NCBI RefSeq assembly: GCF_036971445.1
Contig: NC_091473.1
Location: 206,398,001-206,462,000 of the forward strand
Reading direction: 5' to 3'
DNA: 64,000 nt
Origin: Narcine bancroftii
Taxonomy: Eukaryota
Position 1 is the stretch's first letter. Each line of letters begins with the position of its first letter. This document shows positions 63,198 through 64,000 of the stretch, in pieces. The translations under genes were made by a program, and so were the position numbers. The notes below the pieces were generated by a model. It did not search any database, was not told the origin of the DNA, and saw nothing but the letters and a program-made list of their open reading frames with translations.

Positions 63198-64000
63198 CTA
63201 TTTTTGAATGGGGGCCTTAACCCAGGGAAGAGAACCATCTTCTGATAAATTAATTTCGTGCTGAAGTAAAATTCTAACTGGGTCTCCCAGGCCCCCTGGC
63301 TGCATGGTCTGCTGGACCATCGAAATCACTAGGCTGCGCAGACAGGGAATAAGACAGGGTAAAACAAGCAGGAGGAACAAAACACCCCCGATGACCCACA
63401 ATAAGGTGCGCCACCATGTTCCTCCAAACCATTTGTCCAACCAATTTAATTTTGCGAAAGGATGCCAGGTCTGGACTGGTACATGGGACAAAGTGCGAAT
63501 ATTATCAGCGATTTTGCGAACATTATCATCAATCTTTAAGCAGCAGTTAGTCAAATTAAGCTTTCCACATACACCCCCTTCTGTGGCCAGCAAATAGTCC
63601 AGGGCCAGACGGTTCTGATAGATGGCAGAGCGCATCTGACCCTGCTGGGATGCAAGCAATTGCAGGGCTAGAGCCGTTTGGTTTGTAACAATCTCAAGGA
63701 CCGCCTGCAAGCGAATAATGCGATTTAGCATATAAATAGGAGTACGGTAACCCCAGGATCCATCTTGGGCCCATGTAGCGGGACCATAATATTCAATTAT
63801 TCGTTCCGTAGGCCATTCATCTCACCACTGTCCCAAATGCACCGTGCTGGAGCGGGGTCGACGGTGTAATGCATCAAAAACCTTCACTCCCAATCTATGA
63901 CCGTGATCGTGGGGTAGGAGGAAAAATTCTGGGCGGATTATTCCCAGGAAACAAGTTCCACTCCACTGCAAGGGGAGGCGGGTATACGCTTCATCACCAC
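63198..64000 (-). pseudogene. env: ERV env (gamma-type, ERV3/HERV-R-like), SU C-terminus plus TM; runs off the window
   Basis: Furin site RRPR (63852-63863), [57 protein letters not shown] helix. One in-frame TGA at 63822-63824. Confidence 0.93.

Overview
This is vertebrate genomic DNA, not prokaryotic, and most likely from a cartilaginous fish (shark or ray). That call is inferred from the V-gene style and the mix of CR1, RTE, L1, Penelope and V-SINE repeats. The window is part of a T-cell receptor alpha/delta variable-segment array on the + strand. Two V genes look intact, each with a leader exon, phase-1 GT-AG intron, V exon and 23-bp-spacer RSS: 14955-15837 and 46875-48409 ('family A'). 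A third family-A copy keeps its promoter and leader but has lost its V exon (56071). About 12 decayed V pseudogenes are present; ten of them form five alternating 'B then C' doublets. No D, J or intact C exon was found. The rest is largely retroelements: five young RTE LINE pieces, CR1s, L1s, solo LTRs, a Gypsy fragment and the 3' end of an ERV3-like provirus. The most unusual structure is a 555-bp tandem amplification that gives the first intact V gene three identical RSSs in series. Family names A, B and C are my working labels. All alignments were done by eye, and boundaries of decayed elements are approximate.
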